Source of the DNA: Acidimicrobiia bacterium
Lineage (GTDB): Bacteria > Actinomycetota > Acidimicrobiia > Spongiisociales > ZC4RG35
NCBI GenBank assembly: GCA_035544575.1
Contig: DATKEC010000115.1
Coordinates: 22,835-86,834, forward strand
DNA: 64,000 nucleotides
Reading direction: 5' to 3'
How positions within the stretch are numbered: the stretch's first letter is position 1; each line of letters opens with the position of its first letter. The notes under the pieces were generated by a model. The model saw only the letters and a program-made list of their open reading frames with translations, was not told the origin of the DNA and searched no databases. The position numbers were made by a program, and so were the translations under genes. Shown here in pieces: positions 41,525 through 51,608 of this stretch.

Positions 41525-42070
41525 ATGCGACACGCCGAGCACCACCTCCCAAATGACCTGAACGCGCCTGCCCGGAGCCGGCGTCTGGTCGAGGGTTGGA
41601 CGAGGAATCACCCTCGGCGTCATGAGATCGTCCTGGCCGTGAGCGAACTCGTCGCGAACGCAGTGACGCACGGTTCTCGACACTCGCCTGGCGCCGGCGT
41701 GACGCTCTCAATTGCCAAGGACGACACCTACCTGCGGGTCTGCGTCGCGCAACGTGGTCCTCCCTTCCAACCCGAGTTCGCCGGCCCCTTCAGTGAACCT
41801 CGAGGTCTGACGATCGTCGACCGGGGGGTTGACCGATGGGGCATCGACGAACACGACGACATCGTCGAGGTGTGGTTCGAGGTCGACGACGCGAGCCCCG
41901 CGGATCCGGCAACCGCCCTGCTCGCTGACGGTACTCTGGCGCCTAGCCACCGAACCGAACAGCGGGTCGAGAAAAGTGATCGGACCTATATTCGAAGTCG
42001 AGACCGTCGAGCGAGGCTCGCGGCGTCAGGTCGTCGTCCGGGGCGAGATCGACCTCAAGACTGCCCCTGA
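41525..42070 (+). CDS. RsbW-like anti-sigma factor / partner-switching Ser kinase (HATPase fold)
   Basis: ..EIVLAVSELVANAVTHG.. N-box, ..GLTIVDRGVDRWGI.. and VWFEV; its 3' end overlaps the STAS gene by about 100 nt. Confidence 0.65.
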   Translation: MRHAEHHLPNDLNAPARSRRLVEGWTRNHPRRHEIVLAVSELVANAVTHGSRHSPGAGVTLSIAKDDTYLRVCVAQRGPPFQPEFAGPFSEPRGLTIVDRGVDRWGIDEHDDIVEVWFEVDDASPADPATALLADGTLAPSHRTEQRVEKSDRTYIRSRDRRARLAASGRRPGRDRPQDCP

Positions 42071-42311
42071 ACTCGACGAGGCCCTCGATGGCCTGAAAGC
42101 CGATCCCCTGGTCGTGGACATGACCGACGTGACCTTCATCGACTCGACCGGTCTTCGTGTCCTCGTGATGGCGCGCAGCAGGGTGGAAGGCGACGGAGGG
42201 CGCTTCGTCGTGTGCGCCGCCGATGGCTCGGCCGTCGTGCGCACCATGCGCCTCGCCGGTGTGGCGTCCGACTTCCACGTAGTCGCCAGCTGCGACGAAC
42301 TCCCGGAGTGA
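41969..42311 (+). CDS. STAS-domain anti-sigma-factor antagonist
   Basis: ..QVVVRGEIDLKTAPELDEAL..VVDMTDVTFIDSTGLRVLV..; GTG start inferred. Confidence 0.7.
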
Positions 42312-43411
42312 CCGACACCTCGCCCGCGGACAACGACGGGGTCGTCGTCGAGATCAGACTGTTTCCGAGCCTCCGCGCTCCCTTCGTCGCCCGGCGTATC
42401 GTCGGATCGCTCATCACCAGCGGTCCCCGACTCCGGGCGATCGATGCTTCCCTCCTCGCCGGGGAGATCACGACGCTCGTGATCACCTCTGAACGGCCAG
42501 CCACGCTCAAGCTCGTCGAATCGGGACGGAGCATTCGGGTGGCGATATCCACCGACGAGGGTCCGATCGGGGAACCAGATGCCATCGTCACGGCGCTCCT
42601 GAACCGAGTCGCCGACCGGTGGTCGGCAGACGACTCGCTGTGGTTCGAGATCGATCTCATCCGGCGCCAAGATCTCAGCGAACTCCCCGACAACGATCTC
42701 TTCGGGCTGCTTCCTAACGACCGCGACGCGCGTGACGAGCTCTTCGAGCGCTACGCGGGGTTCGCGTCGGCGATGTCCCGGCGGTTCGGCGCCAGCCGGC
42801 AACGAGGCACCGACCTCGAACAGGTCGCACTGCTCGCACTCGTTCGCGCCATCGAGCGCTTCGATCCTGGCGTCGGCGTCAAGTTCACGAGCTTTGCCGG
42901 GCCATGGATCTCGGGGGCCCTCAAGCGACACCTCCGTGACCACGGCTGGTCGATGCGCGTGCCGCGCTCTCTCAAAGACGGATCGCTCGCTGTGAAGAAG
43001 TCGGCGGGCGAACTCGCCCAGGAGTTGGGCCGGGAGCCGACCCCCCAGGAGCTCGCGGTTGCCCTCGACATGGCGGTCGATGACGTTCTCGAGGCGATGT
43101 TGGCCAGCGACGCATACTCACTGACATCGCTGGACGCGCCGGCACCCAGCAGCGAGACCGGAAGCCTCGGCGAACTCATCGGCGTCGTGGACTCCGATCT
43201 GGCCACCGCCGAAGAGTGGCCGGCCATCGAAGCGGTGCTCGATCGCCTGAGCGACCGTGAGCAGCAGATCCTCTATCTCCGCTTTTTCGAGGATCTCACG
43301 CAGGCCGAAATCGCACCGCTCGTCGGCGTCTCCCAGGTCCATGTGTCTCGATTGCTCGAGAAGTCCCTCGAGCGGGTACGCAACCTGCTCGAGGATCCAG
43401 CCGGCGACTGA
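42307..43411 (+). CDS. Group-3 (SigB/SigF-like) sigma-70 factor with an N-terminal degenerate RsbW-like extension
   Basis: The GTG start overlaps the STAS stop (GTGA). The N-terminal ~125 aa are HATPase-like (..VVVEIRLF..LLAGEITTLVITS..IRVAISTDEGPIG..VADRWS..LWFEIDL) but with the N-box Asn replaced by Thr. Regions 2 to 4 of sigma follow (DELFERY..DLEQVALLALVRAIERFD..LSDREQQILYLRFFEDLTQAEIA..SQVHVSRLLEKSL). This is a single uninterrupted ORF. Confidence 0.7.
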
Positions 43412-43435
43412 GAGCAGACGAACAGGAATCGGAAT

Positions 43436-45235
43436 TCACCCGGCGTTTGAGAGATCGCCTGTGCCAGCAGCGGGTCCTTCCAGCGCGACGATCAACACTG
43501 CTGCGTCGTCCAGCTGTCGGGGTCGCGACTCGATGAGTGAATCGGCGAGATCGTCCGCATCGGTTGTCGCAGCAGCCAGGCTCGCGGCCAGCGCCTTCAC
43601 ACTCTGTTCGATGTCGGCGCCGCCTCTCTCCTCGACGAGGCCGTCGGTGAAGAGCACGATCTGCCACGGCGGGACGAGAGTGATGACCGCCTCTGAGTAG
43701 CCCCCCTCGGAGGAGACGCCCACGGGCGAGCCCAGCGCTCCCGCCAGCATCTCCACGCCCGCCCCGTGGCGCACGAGACCCGGAAGGTGGCCGGCCCGGG
43801 TGTACACCAGCTGGTTGCGTGCGAGGTCGAGCAGGCCATGAAAGATCGTTGCCATGGTGTCCGAACCGCGCAGTGCCGCATCGAGCCGGGCGATCTGGTG
43901 AGAAGGGGACGGCTCCTCGGCCGCCAGGGCGATTCCGCGCAGCAGGTTGCGTGCCTGAGCCATCTGGGCGGTGGCGGCGGCGCCGTGGCCCGCGACATCT
44001 CCGATCGTGAGGGCGACCCGGCCGTCACTCACGTGGTACACGTCGTACCAGTCACCTCCGGCGCGCGTGAACTCCGAGGCTGCGTCGTACCGGGCGGCGA
44101 TCCGAACGCCTTCGACATCTATGAGCCTCGCGGGCAGAAACCATTCGAAAAGGCCCGCGGCGAGCTGGCGGTGTTCGTCGAGCGCTCTGGCTCGTTCCCG
44201 GGCTGCACCCACCGCGGCAAGTCCGGCGAGTACCGAGACGGCGAGCAGCGCGGTCAGACCGACGGTCTGCAGCAGCCTCATCGTTTCCGCCGATGACCGC
44301 AGATCGTCTGTGGTCGTCACCAAATCGGACTCGACGATGTCACCCAGGCTCCGAAGCGATGCCAACCGCTCCGACGCGGCCTGGAACCACACGCCGGGGT
44401 CGACGCGCTCGTCTCCCGTCCGGAGCGAGGCAAGCATCGCGCTGACGTCGTCGGTGTTCATCGCACTCAAAAAATCACCGACACCAAACGCGATCGCGTC
44501 GACCTCGATGAACCTGAGGGAAGAGAGATTGGTCCGCGCCTCCTGCTGCAGCAGCAACAGCCGGACGATCTCGTCCTGACCCAACGGCTCCCCCTCGGCC
44601 AGAACGCCCAGGACAACATCGCGTTGGCGTGCGAGGGCCTCGCCCGTTTCGAGGAGCCGCACCTCTGCTCTCACCCGGGCAGAAAGCGGTGAGCCGGCGG
44701 CGACACCCTCCACCCTGCGGGCACTGGAAATCACCACGCTGATGACCGCCGAATACGCCTCGACAGTGGAGCCCTCGCGAAAGCGCAGCGTGGCATCGCG
44801 CAACTCGTTCAGCGGTTCCGTCGCTTCGTCGATGTCAGCCAGCACGGGAGGTCCGTTGTCATCGACGATCGAGCCGCGCACCTGCCACTCGGCGCGCAGG
44901 CGGTCGAGCGCCTGATCGGTGCTTTCCTGAGCGGTCACATAGGACTCCCGGATCTGCACCGACGAGTTCGTCAGCCACATCTCGGCGACCCCCCTCTCGT
45001 CCTGGAGCGCTTCGACCGCGTCACGCAGCCGCGCCGCGAGATCGACGGCGATCCCGCCGCGCTCGACCATCTCCACCCGATCCTCTCCGCTGCGCACCCC
45101 GACAACCGTGACGACCGCAACTCCCGCCACAGTCAGGACCGCGAACACCACGGTGATCCACACCCGTCCCAGATTCCTGTCGCCGGGTGCGAGCAGCCAG
45201 CGCTGTTGGCCGGGGGATGGATCTGCTGGGAGCAC
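43436..45235 (-). CDS. Membrane-anchored sensor PP2C (SpoIIE/RsbU-type) phosphatase
   Basis: N-terminal TM, extracytoplasmic/linker region, and a C-terminal PP2C domain (..GDVAGHGAAA..LFTDGLVE..); converges on the sigma gene. Confidence 0.75.
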   Translation of the reverse strand: MLPADPSPGQQRWLLAPGDRNLGRVWITVVFAVLTVAGVAVVTVVGVRSGEDRVEMVERGGIAVDLAARLRDAVEALQDERGVAEMWLTNSSVQIRESYVTAQESTDQALDRLRAEWQVRGSIVDDNGPPVLADIDEATEPLNELRDATLRFREGSTVEAYSAVISVVISSARRVEGVAAGSPLSARVRAEVRLLETGEALARQRDVVLGVLAEGEPLGQDEIVRLLLLQQEARTNLSSLRFIEVDAIAFGVGDFLSAMNTDDVSAMLASLRTGDERVDPGVWFQAASERLASLRSLGDIVESDLVTTTDDLRSSAETMRLLQTVGLTALLAVSVLAGLAAVGAARERARALDEHRQLAAGLFEWFLPARLIDVEGVRIAARYDAASEFTRAGGDWYDVYHVSDGRVALTIGDVAGHGAAATAQMAQARNLLRGIALAAEEPSPSHQIARLDAALRGSDTMATIFHGLLDLARNQLVYTRAGHLPGLVRHGAGVEMLAGALGSPVGVSSEGGYSEAVITLVPPWQIVLFTDGLVEERGGADIEQSVKALAASLAAATTDADDLADSLIESRPRQLDDAAVLIVALEGPAAGTGDLSNAG

Positions 45236-45313
45236 ACGAAGACGCTAGCGAGGCGACGCTCCGGCATCGATGGCCCGTGCGACGAGCCATCGGCCGGCCT
45301 CCGGCGGTGTTCG

Positions 45314-48043
45314 CTACGGACTCTTGCGGACCACAGCGGGGAGGTCGTCGATGGACGGGAACCAGCCCTGGCGCACCGGCTTGACCCGGATCCGGGCATC
45401 CACGACCCGCACCCCGTTCCCGGGCTCGAGAACCATCACCGGATTGAGGTCCATCTCGGTGATCTCCGGAATCGCCGAAGCCAAGGCGGAGATCCGCAGG
45501 ATGGTGTCGACGACGGCGTCGACATCCCCAGCAGGGAAACCCCGATATCCGTCCAGGAGCCTGGCTCCCTTGATCTCTCGCACGATCTCGCGGGCATCCA
45601 CGTCCGTCAGAGGCGTCAGCCGAAACGCCACGTCCTGCAAGAGTTCGACGTACACGCCGCCGAGCCCATAGACGACCAGCGGTCCGAAGTTGGGGTCTTC
45701 GGTCACCCCGATCAACACTTCATGGCCACCTTTGACCATTTCCTGGACCAGCACGCCCTCATGTTCGGCCACCGCCGCGGTCACCGACGCGAACCCAGCT
45801 CGGACGGCCTCTTCACCGACGACGTCGAGCAGCACGCCTCCGACATCGGACTTGTGAAGGGCGGATTCCGAGATCACCTTCAAGACGACCGAAGCTCCAA
45901 TCTCCCGAGCCGCCTCCACGGCCTCGTCCGGCGTCGTGACAGTCCTGGATTTGGGGAGGCTGAGCCCGAATGCCGAAAGGACGGCCTCGGTCGCGGTCGG
46001 CTCGAGCCACGCTCCCTTTTCGCCGGCGCGGGCGAGGACGTCACCCACGACCGCGCGGGCCACGCCAACCTCGATGCCGGACAGTGGCGGAACCTCCCCG
46101 GGGTCTCGCAGCAGCCACTCTCCATAGCCGACCGAACGCGACAGCGCGATCGCCGCAGACTCCGGGAAGGAGTAGGTCGGAATCGCGACTCGCTCAGACC
46201 GGAGGAACGCGGCGGCAGTGTCCGATTGCATGAAGACCGAAAGGAGGGTGGTTGGACCGTCATAGCTCTCAGCCGCGATGCGCAACGCAGTCGCCACCTC
46301 CTCCACGCCGGCATCGGAGGTCGGCACGTAGATCACGAGCAGGGCATCCACCTCCCCGCTCTCCAGGATGGTCGACACGACGTGGGAGAACTGCGCTGCT
46401 CCCGCGCCGGCGATCATGTCCACCGGGTTGCGGAAGGACGCCTCCGCCGGGAGCTTCGCACGCAACGCGTGTTGAGTCGCATCCGAGAGTTCGGGGATGT
46501 TCAGACCGTTGGCCTCGAGCGCATCGGCCGCCAGGATGCCCGGGCCGCCGGCATTCGTGACGACGCCCACCCGGCGTCCTTTCGGAACAGGTTGAGTCGA
46601 CAGCAACGACCCCACCGCAAAGAGCTCCTCGAGAGTATCCACACGGATCACCCCCGTCTGGCGGAACAGAGCATCCACCGCCACATCGAGTGACGCCAAG
46701 GCGCCGGTGTGCGACGACGCCGCCCTGCTGCCCGTTGTCGTCCGCCCAGACTTCACAGCCACGATCGGCTTCTTGCGGGCGACCCTGGGTGCGATGCGGG
46801 CAAACCGTCTCGGCGAGCCGAACGACTCGAGGTAGAGCAGGATTACGTCGGTCTGCGGATCGTCCTCCCAGGCCATCAGCAGGTCGTTGCCCGACACGTC
46901 CGCCTTGTTGCCGACCGAAACGAATTGACTGATCCCGAGCCCCGAGCGCAAGGCATATTGGAGGATTGCGATGCCCAAGGCGCCGGATTGTGACGACATG
47001 GCCACGTTGCCGGCGGGTGGGTAGACCGGTGCGAATGTGCCGTTGAGGTTCACCGATGGTGCCGTGTTCAGCAGTCCCATGCAGTTCGGACCCACCATCC
47101 GCATCCCGGCGTTGCGGACGAGGTCGAGCAGTTCGGCCTCGAGATCAACGCCGTCGCCTCCGATCTCGGAGAACCCGGCGGAAATCACAACCAGACCGCG
47201 AACGCCCGCCACGTCGCACTCGCGAACCACCTCGAGCACCTGCGCGGCCGGGACCACGATGAACGCCAAGTCGACGGTGTCAGGGACGTCGACGATCGAC
47301 GGATACGCCCTGACCGCGTTGACCACCTGGGTGCGGGGATTGACCGGGTAGAGGGTGCCCGTGTACCCGGTGTTCAAGAGGTTCCGGAAGAGGGTGTTGC
47401 CGATCGAGCCTTCGCGGGTGCTCGCGCCGATCACCGCGATCGCACGTGGGAAGAACAGCGGGAGAACTGAAGCGGTCACCGCGCGCCGCTCTCGCTCCTC
47501 TGCCCGGGCGCGGGCATCGTCGGTGTATGCGACGGGGAAGTCGACCGTGAAGATCCCGTCCTCGACCGTTCGCTTGAGTTCGTAACCGGAGTTGCGGAAC
47601 ACCCGCATCATCTGAACGTTCTCCGGCAGGACGAAAGCCCGGAATCCCGAGATGCCGTGATCGCGGGCGTAGGCGGTGATGAGTTGCAGGAGCGAGGTCC
47701 CGATGCCGTGACCCTGCATCTCGTCCGTGACCGAGAACGCCACTTCGGCCCGCGCGGGATCGTCCGGTTCGGCGTCATACCTCGCCACGCCCACCATTCG
47801 ACCGTCGAAGAGCGCGACGAGCGCCATTCGGGTCGAGTAATCGACCGTCGTGAAATATGTCACCTCTTCGGGGTCGAGCGAAGCCTTGACGCGGAAGAAG
47901 CGGTAGTACCGGCTCTCCGGGCCGAGTCGCTCGAAGAAGTCGACGAGGAGATCGGCGTCGGCGGGCGTGATGGGACGCACCCGAACGGTCTGGCCGCTGC
48001 GGGTGACGATGTCGAGTTCGTATTCGGACGGATAGTCGGCCAC
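45314..48043 (-). CDS. Pat-type protein lysine acetyltransferase (N-terminal GNAT + NDP-forming acyl-CoA synthetase/CoA-binding + ATP-grasp)
   Basis: GNAT motif ..VTDEMQGHGIGTSLL.. at the N-terminus, then CoA-binding ..IAVIGAS.. and ATP-grasp domains; the domain order is the actinobacterial PatA type. Confidence 0.8.
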   Translation of the reverse strand: MADYPSEYELDIVTRSGQTVRVRPITPADADLLVDFFERLGPESRYYRFFRVKASLDPEEVTYFTTVDYSTRMALVALFDGRMVGVARYDAEPDDPARAEVAFSVTDEMQGHGIGTSLLQLITAYARDHGISGFRAFVLPENVQMMRVFRNSGYELKRTVEDGIFTVDFPVAYTDDARARAEERERRAVTASVLPLFFPRAIAVIGASTREGSIGNTLFRNLLNTGYTGTLYPVNPRTQVVNAVRAYPSIVDVPDTVDLAFIVVPAAQVLEVVRECDVAGVRGLVVISAGFSEIGGDGVDLEAELLDLVRNAGMRMVGPNCMGLLNTAPSVNLNGTFAPVYPPAGNVAMSSQSGALGIAILQYALRSGLGISQFVSVGNKADVSGNDLLMAWEDDPQTDVILLYLESFGSPRRFARIAPRVARKKPIVAVKSGRTTTGSRAASSHTGALASLDVAVDALFRQTGVIRVDTLEELFAVGSLLSTQPVPKGRRVGVVTNAGGPGILAADALEANGLNIPELSDATQHALRAKLPAEASFRNPVDMIAGAGAAQFSHVVSTILESGEVDALLVIYVPTSDAGVEEVATALRIAAESYDGPTTLLSVFMQSDTAAAFLRSERVAIPTYSFPESAAIALSRSVGYGEWLLRDPGEVPPLSGIEVGVARAVVGDVLARAGEKGAWLEPTATEAVLSAFGLSLPKSRTVTTPDEAVEAAREIGASVVLKVISESALHKSDVGGVLLDVVGEEAVRAGFASVTAAVAEHEGVLVQEMVKGGHEVLIGVTEDPNFGPLVVYGLGGVYVELLQDVAFRLTPLTDVDAREIVREIKGARLLDGYRGFPAGDVDAVVDTILRISALASAIPEITEMDLNPVMVLEPGNGVRVVDARIRVKPVRQGWFPSIDDLPAVVRKSP

Positions 48044-48125
48044 GGGCCGAACCTACTCGCTGGCGCCTGGCCGCCCCAGGGCCGAAAGCGCTTTTGCCAC
48101 GCGAAACGTCACGTTTTTGTGTCGC

Positions 48126-49505
48126 TCATTCGCTAAGAAACTGGGCGGCGGCGGTCTCGGCGGCGGTGGCGTCGGAATCGGTGAGGGTGTGGTCCGAGTA
48201 GCGGGCTTCCTCGAAGACCTCGGTCACCCGTCCGAGACGGCGATCCGCCACCCGAGCGGAGAACTCGCGGGGGGTCTCGGGTCCACGCGGCGGGTCGTGT
48301 GTGGTCGACACGACGCCGATTGCCCTTCGGTACGCGGCAGCGATACGGCGCCGGATCGGATCGGGCGGATCCCAGACCCTGAGCGCCGCCGGGGTCCCGC
48401 CCCCACCTGCCGTGTCGGGAACTTCGCCAGCTCGGGCGCGGCGCCCGAGGATGCGCCGAATGACCTTCCAAGCTGAGGCCACGAGATCGACGAGCACCAG
48501 CCAGATCAACCGAACAACTCCTCGAACGCCGAGCCTGTTCGCGGGCTCCCCGCCGGACACGCCCGCCCGGCGATTCCTCGCCGCCATCACCACAAACCCG
48601 AAGACGAGGGCGAGGAGCGCCCAGAGGGCGACGTCCCCCACCCACTGGGGAGCGGGTTCGGGCGACGCGAGATCCGGAACCGGCGGTTGTACCACCTCGG
48701 GTGAGTCCGACGGCGCCGACGGGGTGTCGAGCGCGTTCCGAATCCCGACCGCCCGAGCCGCCACCCAGTCTCCAAAGGGTCCGGTCAACCCGAGCGCCCG
48801 AACCGCGACCGTGGTGACACCGGTGGGAACCAGTCCGATCAGGAACGCGACGACGCCGATCGCTCCGACGGTGACGAACACCGAGCGAGCCCAGCGACCA
48901 GCCACGACGGCATCGACGTCCACCCCGTCCCTCCTCCACCGGTGCTGTTCTGCGCGCCTCGCAGCCAGGCCCACGGCGACGAGACCCACCACGAAGTATG
49001 CGAATGGCGCGAGCGACCACGTCGGCGCGGCGCCTCGGGCAAGGTCGACCAGACCGTCGACCCCCACCGCGCCGACTGCCGCGCACCAAACGCTGACGAG
49101 ACCGACGGCCATCATGCGGATACGGAGCCGCTGCACAGGCGTCATCCCGTCGGTCAGTTCGATCGCCCGGTCGATCGCGTCGACATCGGTCAGGGTGGCG
49201 TTCACCAGCGCCCACACAGTGAATCCCACAGCCGCCGCCACGGCGAACTCCACTGCATGGACGGAACCGGTCAAGACCTGCAGGATCAGCACGCCGCCCG
49301 GTATCGCAACGAGTTCGATCCGGCGCCAAACCCGTACCGCTTCAGGGTTGGTGCCGGCGGCGTCGACCCGATCAGGCAGCACGCCTGTCCCGACGGCGAT
49401 GGCCGCCGCCATGCCGCCGACCAGCCACCCACGCGTGGCCGGACTGGCGGAAGCCACCGACACCCCAGCCAGTGCAGCGAGGAGGCCGAGAGTGACTGCG
49501 GTCAC
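48126..49505 (-). CDS. DUF4129-domain membrane protein
   Basis: Multiple TM helices and C-terminal ..REFSARV..EEARYSDH.. The GTG start overlaps the DUF58 stop (GTGA); the in-track start is 49577. Confidence 0.6.
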   Translation of the reverse strand: MTAVTLGLLAALAGVSVASASPATRGWLVGGMAAAIAVGTGVLPDRVDAAGTNPEAVRVWRRIELVAIPGGVLILQVLTGSVHAVEFAVAAAVGFTVWALVNATLTDVDAIDRAIELTDGMTPVQRLRIRMMAVGLVSVWCAAVGAVGVDGLVDLARGAAPTWSLAPFAYFVVGLVAVGLAARRAEQHRWRRDGVDVDAVVAGRWARSVFVTVGAIGVVAFLIGLVPTGVTTVAVRALGLTGPFGDWVAARAVGIRNALDTPSAPSDSPEVVQPPVPDLASPEPAPQWVGDVALWALLALVFGFVVMAARNRRAGVSGGEPANRLGVRGVVRLIWLVLVDLVASAWKVIRRILGRRARAGEVPDTAGGGGTPAALRVWDPPDPIRRRIAAAYRRAIGVVSTTHDPPRGPETPREFSARVADRRLGRVTEVFEEARYSDHTLTDSDATAAETAAAQFLSE

Positions 49506-50665
49506 AGTTCGACCATGTCGGCAAGCCGGGCGACCGACCGGATCGGCACACCCACTTCGCGCATCTCGTCCTCCCATTCACCCCGGTGCTGTTCGCTCGC
49601 GGTGACGATCGCGGTCATCGAGATGCCGAGGCGGGCGAGTCCCATGGCAGCCAGCACGTGTTCGCGGGCCAACACGCCGGCGAACAGCACGACCGAAGAG
49701 CCAAACCCGAGCCCTGACGGGTCGAGCAGCGCAGTGCCATCCGCCTCGACCGAGATGTCGGCTCGGGCCAACCCTTCGAGGATCGTCGTCAACCGATGTT
49801 CGTCTCGCCCGGGCGTCACCTCCCCCACGGTTTCCTCGCCGGTCGGGACGTCACGTCCCGCGATGCGGAGACCCACAGCTTCGCGCCGCACCGTGACGAG
49901 ATGATGGGCGATCGACGCGGCGGCGGTCACCGCCAGCTCCGCCGATCGCCGCCGGCCGGGCGCAGGATGTGAATCCCGCGTGAGATCGACCGCCAATACG
50001 ACCTCGCGCGCCACACCGGGATGATGCTTCTTCACGAGGAGATCGCCGCTCGCCGCGGACGCAGTCCAATGGATCGCCCGGAACGGGTCTCCTGGCTGGT
50101 AGTCCCGCACGCCGACAACGCGGGTCGGATCGGCGTAGAGCGGAACGGATGTGGGGATGAGCGGCAACGGCGCTCCGGCCGCGACGGTGAGATCCTCGAG
50201 CGAGACGATGCGCGGATAGACGAGGATGGTCTGCGACGGGACCAGCGTCGCCTGGACGCGCCTGAGCCCGAAGGAGTCACCGGTCGCGACCGTCGTGGGG
50301 CCGATTCGGTGCAACCCCCTGGCGGTGGCCGAAAACGACGCCACGTGGGTTCGGGCCCGACCGGGGTCGAGTGACGTGACCCAGCGCGTGCTCGGTCCGA
50401 GCGAGAAGGGAATGCTGTCGGTGAGTCGCATCCACGGCACGCGGCGTGGCCCGATCACGCGCAGAGTCACGTCGACCACGTCGCCGAACATCGCCCGATC
50501 CGGAGTCGATCTGGTGACGGACACGCCGTCGAGCTGGCGCGGCGGAAGCCACCAACTCGTCACTGCCCAGCCGGCCAGCAGCACCGCGACTCCAACTGCC
50601 GGATCGACACGGGTCACCAGAGCGATGAGAACGACTGCCACCGCCGGACGGAGCAGCCGGCGCAT
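49502..50665 (-). CDS. DUF58 (vWA-like) protein
   Basis: N-terminal TM helices; ..DYQPGDPFRAIHWTASA.. DUF58 core. Confidence 0.7.
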   Translation of the reverse strand: MRRLLRPAVAVVLIALVTRVDPAVGVAVLLAGWAVTSWWLPPRQLDGVSVTRSTPDRAMFGDVVDVTLRVIGPRRVPWMRLTDSIPFSLGPSTRWVTSLDPGRARTHVASFSATARGLHRIGPTTVATGDSFGLRRVQATLVPSQTILVYPRIVSLEDLTVAAGAPLPLIPTSVPLYADPTRVVGVRDYQPGDPFRAIHWTASAASGDLLVKKHHPGVAREVVLAVDLTRDSHPAPGRRRSAELAVTAAASIAHHLVTVRREAVGLRIAGRDVPTGEETVGEVTPGRDEHRLTTILEGLARADISVEADGTALLDPSGLGFGSSVVLFAGVLAREHVLAAMGLARLGISMTAIVTASEQHRGEWEDEMREVGVPIRSVARLADMVEL

Positions 50666-50666
50666 T

Positions 50667-51608
50667 TCAGCCGATCTCGACCGTGTCGACGATGGAGGCC
50701 AGGACCTGGCGCGAGGTGAGACGGCGCAAACGGGCGTCGGGATCGAGCACGATCCGGTGCGCGAGCACGGGCTCGACGAGGCTCTTCACGTCGTCGGGAA
50801 GGAGAAAGTCCCTGCCATCCATGGCAGCCTTGGCACGTCCGGCGGCTCCGAGAGCCATCGACGCTCTCGTACTCGCCCCGAGCAGCAACGAATCGTGCTC
50901 GCGGGTCCTGCGGACGATCTCGACGATGTACCGGGCGACGGTCGAGTCCATGTGGACGCCGTCGACCGCGTCCATCGCGGCCAGGAGTTCGGAAGCACCC
51001 GTCACGACCTCCACCTCCCCGGCGGCGCGATGCCGTGACGAACGGGTGACGAGTTCGGCCTCTTCAGCCGGTGCCGGGTACCCGAGGGACGACGACAGCA
51101 GGAACCTGTCGAGTTGAGCTTCGGGCAGGGGAAACGTCCCTTCGAACTCGACGGGGTTCTGGGTCGCGACGACCAGGAACGGCTCGGCGAGGGAGTGGCT
51201 CGTACCGTCGACAGTGACCTGGTTCTCCTGCATCGCCTCCAGGAGAGCCGCCTGTGTCCTCGGAGTGGCCCGGTTGACTTCGTCGGCGAGCACGACTCCA
51301 GCGAATACGGGGCCGGGTCGGAACCGGAAGGAGGCGTCTCTCGGGTCGTACACGTTCACCCCGGTGATGTCGTTGGGCAGCAGATCGGGCGTGCACTGGA
51401 GTCGGCCGAACTCGAGACCGAGTGCCATCGCCAGGCTGCGGGCGAGCATCGTCTTTCCCGTTCCCGGCACGTCGTCGACCAACACGTGACCCCGCGCAAG
51501 GCAGGCCACGAGGAGCAGATCGATCTGGGGGCGCTTTCCGAGGATCATCCGCTCGACGGAGTCTCCGATCCGTCGGGTGAGGCCGGCAACGGCTGCGACG
51601 TCCGTCAC
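50667..51608 (-). CDS. MoxR-family AAA+ ATPase
   Basis: ..ILGKRPQIDLLLVACLARGHVLVDDVPGTGKTMLARSLA.. ; the GTG start overlaps the aceK stop (GTGA). Confidence 0.85.
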   Translation of the reverse strand: MTDVAAVAGLTRRIGDSVERMILGKRPQIDLLLVACLARGHVLVDDVPGTGKTMLARSLAMALGLEFGRLQCTPDLLPNDITGVNVYDPRDASFRFRPGPVFAGVVLADEVNRATPRTQAALLEAMQENQVTVDGTSHSLAEPFLVVATQNPVEFEGTFPLPEAQLDRFLLSSSLGYPAPAEEAELVTRSSRHRAAGEVEVVTGASELLAAMDAVDGVHMDSTVARYIVEIVRRTREHDSLLLGASTRASMALGAAGRAKAAMDGRDFLLPDDVKSLVEPVLAHRIVLDPDARLRRLTSRQVLASIVDTVEIG

